A stretch of 64,000 bases of DNA from a virus (IMGVR_UViG_2974557979_000001); one strand, 5' to 3'. Shown: positions 10,584-23,617, counted from the stretch's first letter. The notes: a model not told the origin generated them from the letters alone. Numbers and translations: made by a program.

Positions 10584-12335
10584 ATGATCATCGACAAATT
10601 AAACCCGTTGCCGAAGATCCCGTTTGTTGATGGCGTCCCAGATGACGCCACGACTCAAACGAAGATTATTTGGATCAAAAACGGTGAAACTCTGGACGGT
10701 TCGCCAGATAAAGTGTCAAACACTGGTAGTCTTAACCGAACTGGTGTAAACATCCAGCAGAACGCGGTTCAGTTAGAACAAAATACCATCACCCATAATG
10801 ATAAAATCAACGAAGTAATCGATCAGGTTAACTTGATTACTGAAAACATTGATGCTATTGGTGATGAGAGCGTAATCAAAAAAGTTAACCAGTTGGATCA
10901 GGATGTTCGGGCATTAACTTTATCTAACACCCAAACACAGAACAAGGTAGCACAGTTAACCCTTTCTGTAAATGCTCAAAACGATGAAATTGGTGAATAC
11001 GATCCAGAAAAAGATCCTAAACACCGCACAATTCGTAATGATATCATTTACATTAAGAAAGAAGTTGGTTCATATCCTGGATTTAACGTTGATGGTGATG
11101 TTGACCCCTCTTCTACTGGTACTGGCCTTAAATACCGCGTACTGAGTAACCAACGTGCTATTTCTATGCAGGAAACTCGCATAACCAAACTGGAAGATGA
11201 TTGGGCGCTTTCCGAAGTAGGACAACTGACAGAAGAGGTAAAAGAACTTCGTGCTGAAATGGGTGATTCTGGTCTTGCCACAACCCGATCAATCTATGCG
11301 CGAATCAAGATCCTTGAGGATGGTTCTATTGTAATGCAAAATGAACTTGATGCAATTAATAGTTATATCGGTCGCACGTCAAGTTCAACCAGTTCCATTA
11401 ACGATCGTGTGAACAGTCTGGAAAACTCCGTTAGTTCTCTGGCTACACAAATCAATGATCCGGTAACTGGTATCACTGCACAAATTGCAACCATTAACGG
11501 TCAAATCGGTACGGCTTCTGCTCAGGGTAGTATCCGTTATGATATTGCGGAAACTAAACGCAGATTGATGGATATGGAAATGATTCTGGGTGAATCCGGC
11601 GATGATGGATTGCAGGGACAAGTTGCGATCTTAACTGGTGACGTTGGTGAAGATTCAGATCCTACCAGTATCAAAGGCCGTTTGAGTGTTGTTGAAGGTG
11701 AATTACGCACCAACACTAGCGCACTCTGGGAACTGCAAGGCGTTGTAGGTAACTCTTCTAGTGGCCTCGTTGCAACTAGCCAGCAGGTTAACAAAGAAAT
11801 CTATGGCGATGGTGTTAGTTCCGATCCTGTTACTCGCGCTGGTTTGAAAACGACGACCCGCAACCTGTTCACTCAGGTAGGCGATAACGCAGAAGGTAAC
11901 GAAACAGGCATTTATGCACTGATTGCCGACCTTAATAAACGTGTTGAGGATTTAGAAGCGTTGAACATTGCACAGGCACTTGCAGATCGCGTAACTATCG
12001 AAGATCTGAATGCTAAACTGGCTCTGTACATCAAAGAAGCTGACGCAGATCTCCGTTATGAGAGCAAAAACCCGCCTCTGTCATTCGGTACTAACCTAAC
12101 TGGTGATACTGAATACACTACAGGCGATCCATTGTCTCTAAGCGTAACTATGACTGGTGGTGTTTCTCCGCTGTCTTATCAGTGGACGAAGAATGGCGTA
12201 AATGTTGGTACTAATGCTAACACATTTACCATTGATTCGCTACAGCCTTCTGATTCCGGAACCTACAAAGTAACGGTAACTGATGCAAGCCATAAAGTCA
12301 TCGTTTCTGATGAACTGGCGATCACTGTCGCTTAA
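10584..12335 (+). CDS. wac: Fibritin (whisker/collar) with C-terminal Ig-like domain
   Basis: N-terminal LPKIPFVDGVP...IIWIKNGETLDG, long heptad coiled coil, terminal YQWTKNG...DSGTYKVTV Ig signature. Confidence 0.92.
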   Translation: MIIDKLNPLPKIPFVDGVPDDATTQTKIIWIKNGETLDGSPDKVSNTGSLNRTGVNIQQNAVQLEQNTITHNDKINEVIDQVNLITENIDAIGDESVIKKVNQLDQDVRALTLSNTQTQNKVAQLTLSVNAQNDEIGEYDPEKDPKHRTIRNDIIYIKKEVGSYPGFNVDGDVDPSSTGTGLKYRVLSNQRAISMQETRITKLEDDWALSEVGQLTEEVKELRAEMGDSGLATTRSIYARIKILEDGSIVMQNELDAINSYIGRTSSSTSSINDRVNSLENSVSSLATQINDPVTGITAQIATINGQIGTASAQGSIRYDIAETKRRLMDMEMILGESGDDGLQGQVAILTGDVGEDSDPTSIKGRLSVVEGELRTNTSALWELQGVVGNSSSGLVATSQQVNKEIYGDGVSSDPVTRAGLKTTTRNLFTQVGDNAEGNETGIYALIADLNKRVEDLEALNIAQALADRVTIEDLNAKLALYIKEADADLRYESKNPPLSFGTNLTGDTEYTTGDPLSLSVTMTGGVSPLSYQWTKNGVNVGTNANTFTIDSLQPSDSGTYKVTVTDASHKVIVSDELAITVA

Positions 12336-12343
12336 CGATTAAC

Positions 12344-12363
12344 AAGGGGCTTCGGCCCCTTTT
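12344..12363 (+). terminator. Terminator after wac
   Basis: AAGGGGC-TTCG-GCCCCTTTT. Confidence 0.85.
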
Positions 12364-12373
12364 GAGGATCTTT

Positions 12374-13300
12374 ATGATTACGAACAACCCAGCACAATTA
12401 AAAGATGAAATTCTGCGCCGCTTAGGTGCTCCGATCGTCAAAATCGAAGTGACAACAGATCAGGTTTATGACTGCATTCAACGAGCATTAGACCTATATG
12501 CAGAATATCATTACAATGGATCTAACAAAGGGTATATCATTCTTACCCTGGGGCCGGATAACCCGAAAAATATTTTCGATCTGAGTAAAGAACATATTTT
12601 CGCAATTACTAAAGTGTTGCGTACTAACATGGGTTCCCTTGTATCGATGGATGGTACTGCGGTTTATCCGTGGTTTACTGATTTCCTGATGGGCCTTACT
12701 GGTGGTTCTCTGGGCGGTGGTGGTTGTGCATCACGTACCTACGGAATGAACGCATACGGCGCGGATATGGGCTATTTTACCCAGATGATGAGCTATCAGC
12801 GGTCAATGCAAGATCTCCTGTCTCCGCTTCCGGATTACTGGTATAACGACGACACAGGACAGTTTGCAGTATACGGAACCGTTAAAGATGGTGATATTGT
12901 TGTTATCGAAGCAATGATCAGATCCTTTGTTGATGTACCCAGTATGGTCGGTAACGTCTCTGGATACGCTACAGCGGGTTCTGATGGCGAAGATAAGCCA
13001 ACTATAGCAGATATATACAATAACCCCTACAAAGCCGTCTCAGGCGGTGTGAAGGCTGGTCAAGGTACAAGCGTTCAGGGTTCATCCTCTGCGTATAACA
13101 ACCGTTGGGTGAAAGATTACGCAACTGCTCTTGTTAAAGAGGTAAACGGTCAGGTGCTGGCTAAGTTTCAGGGTATGCAATTACCTGGTGGTGTTGCTCC
13201 GGATGGAACCCGACTGATTCAGGAAGCTATGCAAGAAAAAGAAAACCTCCGTCAAGAACTTCTGTTACTGTCTGATGCACTTCCAGTGTTGATGATGTAA
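12374..13300 (+). CDS. 13: Neck protein gp13
   Basis: NNPAQLKDEILRRLGAPIVKIEVT; start reassigned to ATG 12374 after GAGG RBS. Confidence 0.93.
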   Translation: MITNNPAQLKDEILRRLGAPIVKIEVTTDQVYDCIQRALDLYAEYHYNGSNKGYIILTLGPDNPKNIFDLSKEHIFAITKVLRTNMGSLVSMDGTAVYPWFTDFLMGLTGGSLGGGGCASRTYGMNAYGADMGYFTQMMSYQRSMQDLLSPLPDYWYNDDTGQFAVYGTVKDGDIVVIEAMIRSFVDVPSMVGNVSGYATAGSDGEDKPTIADIYNNPYKAVSGGVKAGQGTSVQGSSSAYNNRWVKDYATALVKEVNGQVLAKFQGMQLPGGVAPDGTRLIQEAMQEKENLRQELLLLSDALPVLMM

Positions 13301-13309
13301 GGAGGAAAA

Positions 13310-14056
13310 ATGCAAAATTGGGATGAAAGTCTGTTTGCACAGTTAGAAGATGGTTCCGGCGTCGATCGGAACCTAAGACAAGAAGTAACAAACCCGTATG
13401 TTAACTGGTACAAGTATAACCCTACTCAACAGTTGCATGATTCACTAACAGCCGAAGCAATTCAAATGAAATCTCCGGATATGTATTACGTCCGTCGAGA
13501 ATTTGTTAATATTGATAAAATTTTGGGCGAAGACCGTGAATCGAAGTTTACAAAATCGTGGAAAATTGCAGCATACATCGATTCGTATGCAAACTACGAA
13601 GGGCAGAGAGACTTTTACAGTAAATTCGGTATGATGTCAAACGACGAAATGACACTTGTGATCAATCCTCGTTTATTTGCACATCAAACTGATGGCGGGA
13701 TCCCTGTTCTGGGAGATTTGATTTATTTCCCTATGGATAACAGCCTGTTTGAAATTACATGGATTGAGTTTGACCCGTTCTTCCAGTTCGGCGATCGTCC
13801 TCAACGTAAAATCAACCTCGTTAAATTTATCTATACTGGTGAAGAATTGGATCCTAAACTGCAACGAAATGAAGGGATTAACCTTGCCCCCGATGCCGAT
13901 CTGGATCTCGAACCTATTCGAAATCTTGATGGGTTGGCGGATACCAATATTGAACAATACGAAGAAGATCAAGCCTTTGAAGATGAAGGCGATGAATTCA
14001 TTGAATCGTTTGATGTTGTTAACGGGCGCGGATCACCGTTCGCACAGTTCCCATAA
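13310..14056 (+). CDS. 14: Neck protein gp14
   Basis: NPYVNWYKY, YYVRREF, GDLIYFPMDNSLFEITW motifs. Confidence 0.93.
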   Translation: MQNWDESLFAQLEDGSGVDRNLRQEVTNPYVNWYKYNPTQQLHDSLTAEAIQMKSPDMYYVRREFVNIDKILGEDRESKFTKSWKIAAYIDSYANYEGQRDFYSKFGMMSNDEMTLVINPRLFAHQTDGGIPVLGDLIYFPMDNSLFEITWIEFDPFFQFGDRPQRKINLVKFIYTGEELDPKLQRNEGINLAPDADLDLEPIRNLDGLADTNIEQYEEDQAFEDEGDEFIESFDVVNGRGSPFAQFP

Positions 14057-14059
14057 ATA
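14052..14059 (+). promoter_or_regulatory. Probable late promoter variant for gene 15
   Basis: CATAAATA overlapping the gp14 stop codon. Confidence 0.55.
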
Positions 14060-14135
14060 TAACCAGGGGAAACCCTATACATGTAGGGTATAGGAGAAAT
14101 CTTATACCCGCTTTAACCCATACAGGAAAAATAAA

Positions 14136-14959
14136 ATGTTTGGATTTTGGTATAATAGTTCGCTGCGAAATTATATTGTCTTGATGGGTTGTCTTTTCAA
14201 TCACGTGCAAGTTAAACGCGTTCGCGGCGAACAAGAAAAATTTATCAAGGTTCCGATTACCTACGCATCAAAAGAAAAATTCCTGGCATCCATGAACAAG
14301 CTGAACTATGCATACAGTCAGGAAAATGTTGCTAAAACGGAAACAATTTTACCGCGTATGAATCTATCCCTCGTTGATTTGCAGTATAACGCAATTCGTA
14401 AAACTGGGATCGCGGTAAACCAAAAAATGACGCAGTTACGCGCACCTGGAAAAACAGTAACGCAGTTTAACCCTGCTCCGTATCGTCTCATGTTCGAACT
14501 GGGAGTGTATACCCGTTACGAAGATGATGTGTTTCAGATCATAGAACAGATACTGCCATACTTCCAGCCGCATTTCAACTGTCGTATTACAGAATTACAT
14601 AAAAACGACATTAAAATAGACCGAGATATTAAAATATCTCTGCAATCTGTTTCCCCTGATACCACGTTTGAAGGTGATACAACGACACGGCGACACATTG
14701 AATGGTCTTTAATGTTTGAATTACAGGGCTACCTGTATCCGCCTGTTAACGAGATTAAAGGCGAGATCAGAACAGTATACACGGATTTCTTTTCCAATAT
14801 GAACCCGTTGGACAAAGACAATTTTGAATCCGTTGATGCTCAGGTGGATCCGGTTGATATGCCTATACAGGATTACACGGGAGAAGAATACATTCAAACG
14901 TATGCTAATGATATCCCAATTCCTAGCGGTGATCAACCTCCTAAACCGAGGGGCCAATA

Positions 14960-14960
<1 letters not shown>
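14136..14960 (+). CDS. 15: Tail sheath stabiliser / terminator gp15
   Basis: MFGFWYNSSLRNYIVLMG, VPITYASKEKF, IEQILPYFQP motifs. Confidence 0.95.
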
Positions 14961-17300
<2,340 letters not shown>

Positions 17301-17316
17301 TAGAGGAAACTTAATA

Positions 17317-19308
17317 ATGGCTTTAATCTCTCCAGGCATTGAAACTAAAGAAACATCGGTACAATCTACCGTTGTTCGAAATTCAACTGGTCGTGCTGCT
17401 ATTGTTGGTAAATTTTCATGGGGGCCAGCTTACCAGATCCGTCAGATTTCTAACGAAGTCGAACTGGTAAACTATTTTGGCTCCCCAGACAATGACACCG
17501 CTGATTATTTCATGAACGCTGTAAACTTTTTACAGTTCGGTCAGGATCTGCGTGTTGTTCGTGTCGTCGATAAAGAAGCCGCAAAAAACGCAACCGCGAT
17601 CTATAATCAGATCAAAACCACGATCACCGCTGCTGGTTCTAACTATGCAGTAGACGATCAGATCAAAGTTAAACACAATAACGTTGTTATTGAAGAAGAT
17701 GGTGTTGTTACCAGCGTTGATGATCAGGGTAAAGTCCTGTCTGTGTTCATTCCGAGCACTAAGATCATCGCACACGCTAAACAGGTTGGTGTATATCCGG
17801 ATCTGTCTAGTGGCTGGACTACAGAAATCGTTTCCAGTTCTTCTGGTGTTTCTGCTACGATTACAATCGACGGCGTAGAAGTTGATCCGGGTATTACTCT
17901 GCTCAACCTTGACACCGCAAAAGAAACTATTCAGGCAACTGCTTTCCAGAAACTTTGCACCAAATACAAGCTACCGTCTGTTATTGCAATTTATCCTGGC
18001 GAAATGGGTAGCACCGTAACGGTTGAAATTCTGTCTAAAGCTGCATACGATTCTTCGGCTGTCATTAAGTCTTATCCTTCTGGTAAGTCTGGTAAAAACA
18101 GCGGTCGCAGTTCGATGAACTTTGGCCCTCAGAATGATAACCAATACGCGTTTATCGTTCGCCGTGGTGGTATTATCCAAGAAACGTTTATCGTGTCAAC
18201 CGCTAAAGGTGATAAAGATATCTACGGTTCAACGATCTACATGGATGATTTCTTTGCAAACGGTGGTTCGCAGTATCTGTATGGTACGTCCCTAAACTGG
18301 CCTGTCGGATTCTCCGGCGTTCTGGAACTGGGCGGCGGTACTTCTGCAAACTCCACTGTAGGCGCTGATGAACTCATGGCTGGTTGGGATATGTTCGCAG
18401 ATCGTGAATCTCTGCATGTTCCTCTGCTGATTGCTGGTGCTTGTGCTGGCGAAACTGCCGAAATTTCGTCTACTGTACAGAAACACGCTGTGTCTATCGG
18501 TGAAACCCGTTCAGATTGCGTTGTATTCGTTTCTCCGCCGCGTTCTGCTCTGGTTAATATCCCACTGGCTCAGGCCGTTGATAACCTCGTAGAATGGCGT
18601 ACAGGCTACAAAATCGGTAATACTACCCCAGTTGATAACAACATGAACGTAAGTTCAAGTTATGCGTTCATCGACGGTAACTATAAGTTCCAGTATGATA
18701 AATACAACGATGTTAACCGTTGGATCCCGCTCGCGGGTGATATGGCTGGCCTCTGTGTTTATACCGATCAGGTATCGCAACCGTGGATGTCTCCGGCTGG
18801 CTACAACCGTGGTCAACTGCGTAACTGCATCAAACTGGCTATCGAACCGACTAACGCGCATCGCGATTCTATGTACCAGGTACAGATTAACGCGGTTACT
18901 GGTTTCTCTGGTGGTGCTGGATACATTCTGTACGGTGATAAAACCGCAACGACTGTTCCAAGCCCGTTTGACCGTATCAACGTTCGTCGCTTGTTCAACA
19001 TGATCAAGAAAGACATTGGCGATAACGCAAAATATAAACTGTTTGAGAATAACGATGATTTCACTCGTTCTTCCTTCCGTATGGATGCAGGACAGTATAT
19101 GTCTAACGTTCGCGCTCTGGGCGGTGTATACGATTACCGTGTGGTTTGTGACACTACGAACAACACGCCGGATGTTATTGATCGCAATGAGTTTATTGCA
19201 TCAATCTACGTCAAACCAGCACGTTCTATCAACTACATCACACTGAACTTCGTAGCAACCTCAACTGGTGCGGATTTCGATGAGTTGATTGGATCAACGT
19301 CAGTATAA
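17317..19308 (+). CDS. 18: Tail sheath gp18
   Basis: True start MALISPGIETKE at 17317; WMSPAGYNRG and FDRINVRRLF motifs. Confidence 0.97.
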   Translation: MALISPGIETKETSVQSTVVRNSTGRAAIVGKFSWGPAYQIRQISNEVELVNYFGSPDNDTADYFMNAVNFLQFGQDLRVVRVVDKEAAKNATAIYNQIKTTITAAGSNYAVDDQIKVKHNNVVIEEDGVVTSVDDQGKVLSVFIPSTKIIAHAKQVGVYPDLSSGWTTEIVSSSSGVSATITIDGVEVDPGITLLNLDTAKETIQATAFQKLCTKYKLPSVIAIYPGEMGSTVTVEILSKAAYDSSAVIKSYPSGKSGKNSGRSSMNFGPQNDNQYAFIVRRGGIIQETFIVSTAKGDKDIYGSTIYMDDFFANGGSQYLYGTSLNWPVGFSGVLELGGGTSANSTVGADELMAGWDMFADRESLHVPLLIAGACAGETAEISSTVQKHAVSIGETRSDCVVFVSPPRSALVNIPLAQAVDNLVEWRTGYKIGNTTPVDNNMNVSSSYAFIDGNYKFQYDKYNDVNRWIPLAGDMAGLCVYTDQVSQPWMSPAGYNRGQLRNCIKLAIEPTNAHRDSMYQVQINAVTGFSGGAGYILYGDKTATTVPSPFDRINVRRLFNMIKKDIGDNAKYKLFENNDDFTRSSFRMDAGQYMSNVRALGGVYDYRVVCDTTNNTPDVIDRNEFIASIYVKPARSINYITLNFVATSTGADFDELIGSTSV

Positions 19309-19331
19309 CATGTAAGGGGCTGAAAAGCCCC

Positions 19332-19339
19332 TATAAATA
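19332..19339 (+). promoter_or_regulatory. Late promoter for gene 19
   Basis: TATAAATA, overlapping hairpin AGGGGC-TGAAAA-GCCCCT. Confidence 0.85.
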
Positions 19340-19356
19340 CACATAGAGGTTAGAAA

Positions 19357-19842
19357 ATGCTTACTGATATTGTACGCGCCTTTGAATCCGGTGATTTCGC
19401 ACGTCCGAACCTGTTCGAAGTAGAGATCCCGTACCTGGGCAAAAACTTTAAATTAAAATGTAAAGCCGCTACTATGCCAGCGTCTACCGTTGAAAAAGTT
19501 CCGGTAGGTTACATGAACCGCAAAATTAACGTTGCTGGTGACCGTACCTATGATGACTGGACAATCACGGTATATAACGACGATGCACACACAACCCGTG
19601 ATGCAATCGTAGCATGGTCAAACATGCTGCATGGTATGGGTGAAGACATTACAGGGGATATCCCTGCAAACTACAAAAAAACCGCTACGGTTAAACAGAA
19701 AAACCGTAACGACGAAGTAACCGCCGAACATACCATTTATGGCCTGTTCCCGACCAACGTGGGAGAGGTTACTTTAGACTGGGATAGCAACAACGAAGTG
19801 AGCACTTTTGAGTGTACTTTCGCGCTAGACTGGTGGGTTTAA
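19357..19842 (+). CDS. 19: Tail tube gp19
   Basis: AFESGDFARPNLFEVEI, AGDRTYDDWTIT, LDWDSNNE motifs. Confidence 0.97.
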   Translation: MLTDIVRAFESGDFARPNLFEVEIPYLGKNFKLKCKAATMPASTVEKVPVGYMNRKINVAGDRTYDDWTITVYNDDAHTTRDAIVAWSNMLHGMGEDITGDIPANYKKTATVKQKNRNDEVTAEHTIYGLFPTNVGEVTLDWDSNNEVSTFECTFALDWWV

Positions 19843-19846
19843 ACGC

Positions 19847-19854
19847 TATAAATA
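19847..19854 (+). promoter_or_regulatory. Late promoter for gene 20
   Basis: TATAAATA followed by hairpin AGGGGTA-GCAA-TACCCCT. Confidence 0.8.
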
Positions 19855-19897
19855 CAGGGGTAGCAATACCCCTTATCATTATTTTTCGGAGTTGTAA

Positions 19898-21472
19898 ATG
19901 AACTTTTTTGGATTAGACAATGTGTTAGGGTTTTTCAAAAATTTCGCCAAACAGGATGAAATGGAATTTGAAGCCCAATTAAAAGATGATACAGGTTCGA
20001 TTGCGCCTCCGAAAAATAACGATGGGGCGCACGAAATCGAAACGGACTTATCAAACCAGCGTTATTCTTCTGTGTTCCAACAGTTCTATTCCGGACAGGA
20101 TCCGCGAATTCAGAACAAAACACAGCTAATAAATACATACCGTGGTATCATGACATATCCGGAAGTGGAAAACGCTGTTTCTGAAATCATTAACGAAGCG
20201 ATTGTTAATGAACAAGGAAAAGATATTGTTACGATGGATCTTACTAAAACGAATTTTAGTAAAAATATCCAAGATAAGATCATGGAAGAACTCGATACCG
20301 TAATGAATATTCACGATTTCGATAACCGAGGATCTCGTTTATTCCGTGATTGGTATGTTGATTCGCGTATCTATTTCCATAAAATCATGCACAAAAATGA
20401 AGCTGACGGCATCAAAGAATTGCGCCAGTTAGATCCCCGTTGCATGGAACTGATCCGAGAATCGGTTACAGAAACCCTACCCGGTGGGGTTAAAATTTTC
20501 CGTGGCTATCGTGAATACTTCGTATACACCGCACCGAAAAACGGTTATAGCTACAACGGACAGATTTATAGTCACAATGACAAGGTAAAAATTCCTCGCT
20601 CTGCGATTGTTTACGCTCATAGCGGCCTTGAAGATTGCGACAACAACATTATAGGCTACCTGCACCGCGCTGTCAAGCCAGCTAACCAGTTGCGTTTGCT
20701 GGAAGATGCTATGGTGATTTACCGCATTACCCGTGCGCCTGAACGTCGTGTGTTCTATATCGACGTAGGTCAGATGGGTGGCCCTAAAGCTACACAGTAC
20801 GTAAATAACATTGCACAGGGCTTAAAAAACCGTGTTGTATATGACGCGAGCACTGGTAAAGTTAAGAATCAGCAAAATAACCTGTCAATGACAGAGGACT
20901 ATTGGCTGATGCGTCGTGATGGTAAAGCAGTTACCGAAGTTTCAACGCTTCCTGGTGGCACTGCCTTCTCTGATATCGACGATGTTAAATGGTTTAACCG
21001 TAAGCTGTATGAAGCGTTACGTATTCCGTTAAGCCGTATGCCTCGCGATGATGGCGGTATCCAGTTGGGTAACGATGGCGGTATTACCCGCGACGAATTG
21101 AACTTTAGCAAATTTATTCGCGAATTGCAAATTCAATTCAACCCTGTTCTTGCGGATCCGTTAAAAACTAACTTGATCGCGAAGAAAATCATTACAGAAG
21201 ATGAATGGGATGAAAACGTAAGTAAGATTGCTTTTGTATATCAGCAAGATTCTTACTATTCCGAAATCAAAGATATTGAGATTTTGGAACGCCGTTTAAA
21301 CCTGATGGGACAACTTGAAGGGGTGGTCGGCAAATATATCTCCCATAAATACGTAATGAAAGAAGTTCTCCGGATGTCTGATGAGGAAATTCAAAGCGAA
21401 GCCAAACAGATAGAAGAAGAATCAAAAGAAGAACGTTTTAAAAATCCAGAAGCGGAAGAGGAAAACTTTTGA
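19898..21472 (+). CDS. 20: Portal vertex protein gp20
   Basis: IYRITRAPERRVFYIDVG, MTEDYWLMRRDG, EVSTLPGG motifs. Confidence 0.97.
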   Translation: MNFFGLDNVLGFFKNFAKQDEMEFEAQLKDDTGSIAPPKNNDGAHEIETDLSNQRYSSVFQQFYSGQDPRIQNKTQLINTYRGIMTYPEVENAVSEIINEAIVNEQGKDIVTMDLTKTNFSKNIQDKIMEELDTVMNIHDFDNRGSRLFRDWYVDSRIYFHKIMHKNEADGIKELRQLDPRCMELIRESVTETLPGGVKIFRGYREYFVYTAPKNGYSYNGQIYSHNDKVKIPRSAIVYAHSGLEDCDNNIIGYLHRAVKPANQLRLLEDAMVIYRITRAPERRVFYIDVGQMGGPKATQYVNNIAQGLKNRVVYDASTGKVKNQQNNLSMTEDYWLMRRDGKAVTEVSTLPGGTAFSDIDDVKWFNRKLYEALRIPLSRMPRDDGGIQLGNDGGITRDELNFSKFIRELQIQFNPVLADPLKTNLIAKKIITEDEWDENVSKIAFVYQQDSYYSEIKDIEILERRLNLMGQLEGVVGKYISHKYVMKEVLRMSDEEIQSEAKQIEEESKEERFKNPEAEEENF

Positions 21473-21714
21473 TGAAAGAATTTATCGAAGCAATCAAAAG
21501 CGGTAATCTGGTGGAAGCTAAAAAAACTTTTTACTCCATCATGGAAGACCGCACAGAAGCGCTTCGTCACGAATTACGCGTTGAACTTGCCGAAGCTGTA
21601 CGCATCGAAGGCGAAGAAGACAAAGAAAAAGACGACGAAGGCGCTGATAAAGATGACGAAAATGGCGATAAAAAGCCAGCCGAGGATGATAAATCCGATA
21701 AAGATGATGAGTGA
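21472..21714 (+). CDS. 67: Prohead core protein gp67
   Basis: MKEFIEAIKSGNLVEAKKTF with acidic C-terminus; position between genes 20 and 68. Confidence 0.88.
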   Translation: MKEFIEAIKSGNLVEAKKTFYSIMEDRTEALRHELRVELAEAVRIEGEEDKEKDDEGADKDDENGDKKPAEDDKSDKDDE

Positions 21715-21722
21715 GGTGTGTA

Positions 21723-22127
21723 ATGCAACTTGACATCGAAATCACCGCCGAAGATCTCCAGGAACATTTAGACGAAGCGAAAGCCCGTGTAGATATTCTG
21801 GGTATCGATGAAGGCACGGTTAAAATCATCGAAAATTTGGCGGTCACCGAACCAAATTTAGCCCTTGCTATGATGGCGGTTGTTGAAGGTTTAACACTTG
21901 ATGAGGTAATTGTCAAGCATGTTGATTCCCGTGGCAACGTAGAACGCCTCAAAGACAGGAAAACCCGTGAGCGTAATGCGTATCAGACGACCGGATTAAC
22001 TAAATCCCAACGTCGCCAGATCGCGCGTCGTGCTCTCAAAACAAAACGTGCTAACCCGTCAATTGCTACTCGCGCACAACGTAAGCGCAAGAAAGCATTG
22101 CGTAAACGTGCTGCACTGGGGCTATAA
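21723..22127 (+). CDS. 68: Prohead core protein gp68
   Basis: KHVDSRG...RNAYQTTGLTKSQRRQIAR basic C-terminus. Confidence 0.9.
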   Translation: MQLDIEITAEDLQEHLDEAKARVDILGIDEGTVKIIENLAVTEPNLALAMMAVVEGLTLDEVIVKHVDSRGNVERLKDRKTRERNAYQTTGLTKSQRRQIARRALKTKRANPSIATRAQRKRKKALRKRAALGL

Positions 22128-22129
22128 AT

Positions 22130-22777
22130 ATGAATGAATCCCAAATCAACGAAAACGGCGATATGCTTTTAATCGAAGAATGGGGTTTACCTTGCGGTGA
22201 CGTTTCAGAATCTATTTTAGAATCTGTTGGGGAATCAAAAGACGGTAAATTGCGGATCGAAGGTATTTTCCTTCAAGCCGAAAAGGTTAACCGTAACCGT
22301 CGTTTGTATCCTAAAAACGTACTTGAAGAAGCAGTTAACGATTATATTAGAACTCAAGTTAACACCCGTCAAGCATTAGGTGAAATGAATCACCCTCCGC
22401 GCCCGAATGTGGATCCGCGAAATGCTTGCATCCTGATTGAAAAATTGTGGTGGAAGGGTAACGATGTTTGGGGCCGCGCTGTTGTTGTTGAAGGCGACGG
22501 TGGTGATGGTGACAAACTGGCGGCGTTGATTCGTGCTGGTTGGGTTCCTGGTGTTTCTTCCCGTGGATTAGGTAAGCTCTCCGATTCCGGCAAAGGCTAC
22601 GGCGTTGTACAAAAGGGCTTTAAATTAGCTGTAGGCGTTGATGTCGTCTGGGGGCCAAGCGCACCTGATGCATATGTTAAGCCTATAGTGGAAAATCAGC
22701 AAAGCAAACCGCTTGTTGAGAATAATAGTGCTGATGACGCTTTTCGGGAATTGTCCGAGCGTTTGAAAGGTCTATAA
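22130..22777 (+). CDS. 21: Prohead protease gp21
   Basis: IEGIFLQAEKVNRNRRLYP, ALGEMNHP, GVSSRGLG motifs. Confidence 0.95.
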   Translation: MNESQINENGDMLLIEEWGLPCGDVSESILESVGESKDGKLRIEGIFLQAEKVNRNRRLYPKNVLEEAVNDYIRTQVNTRQALGEMNHPPRPNVDPRNACILIEKLWWKGNDVWGRAVVVEGDGGDGDKLAALIRAGWVPGVSSRGLGKLSDSGKGYGVVQKGFKLAVGVDVVWGPSAPDAYVKPIVENQQSKPLVENNSADDAFRELSERLKGL

Positions 22778-22780
22778 ATA
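22773..22780 (+). promoter_or_regulatory. Late promoter for genes 22/23
   Basis: TATAAATA overlapping the gp21 stop. Confidence 0.85.
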
Positions 22781-22809
22781 CATTAAACAAAACAACAGGA
22801 AAATCAAAA

Positions 22810-23598
22810 ATGCTTAAAGAACAACTGCTGGCGGAAGCCCAGAACCTGGATACTCCGGTCGAGTTAGACAGCATTTTCGAATCAGTTGAACTTTCTGATG
22901 ACGTGAAAGCGACATTCACCACTGTATTCGAACAAGCTGTAAAAGCTGGCGCTGCAAAACTCGCTGAATCCCACATTACCCAGATCGCGGAACGTTCCGA
23001 CGAACTGGTCGAAGCTCAGGTAACTGAACGTGCCGCTGAAATCGAAACTAAGCTGTACGAAGATGCTGATAAATATTTTGCGCACATTTCCGAAGAATGG
23101 CTGAAAGAAAACAAAGAAGCCGTTTCCCGTGACATCAAAGCCGACCTGTTTGAATCCCTGATCATGGGCCTCAAAGAAGTTCTGGTTGAACATAACGTTG
23201 TCATTCCGGAAGAACAGGTTGATGTAGTCGCCGAACTGGAAGACGAACTGACTGAGAATCAGCAGGAAGTTAAAACCCTGTTTGAAGCGAATCAGGAACT
23301 GACCAAAGAAATTTCAGAAATGAAACGCAATGCAGTAGTTTCAGAGAAAACTAAAGGTTTGACCGAATCTCAGGTCGAAAAAGTAGAATCTCTGATTGAA
23401 GGGCTGGAATATTCCGCAACCTTCGAAAATAAACTCAGCGCAATTGTTGAAATGGTAGCAACCAAAGCTGAAAAACCCGTTGACGAGTCTGTAAATACTC
23501 CGCAAACGAAAGATGACTTTGTTCCGGTAGTCGAAAGTGTTCCGGCAGAGAAATCCAAGATCAATAAATATGTACAAGCGGCAAAAGCCCTTTCTTAA
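22810..23598 (+). CDS. 22: Prohead scaffold gp22
   Basis: MLKEQLLAEAQ start, acidic coiled coil, position before gene 23. Confidence 0.93.
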   Translation: MLKEQLLAEAQNLDTPVELDSIFESVELSDDVKATFTTVFEQAVKAGAAKLAESHITQIAERSDELVEAQVTERAAEIETKLYEDADKYFAHISEEWLKENKEAVSRDIKADLFESLIMGLKEVLVEHNVVIPEEQVDVVAELEDELTENQQEVKTLFEANQELTKEISEMKRNAVVSEKTKGLTESQVEKVESLIEGLEYSATFENKLSAIVEMVATKAEKPVDESVNTPQTKDDFVPVVESVPAEKSKINKYVQAAKALS

Positions 23599-23617
23599 TT
23601 TCAAAAGGTAAGAAACA

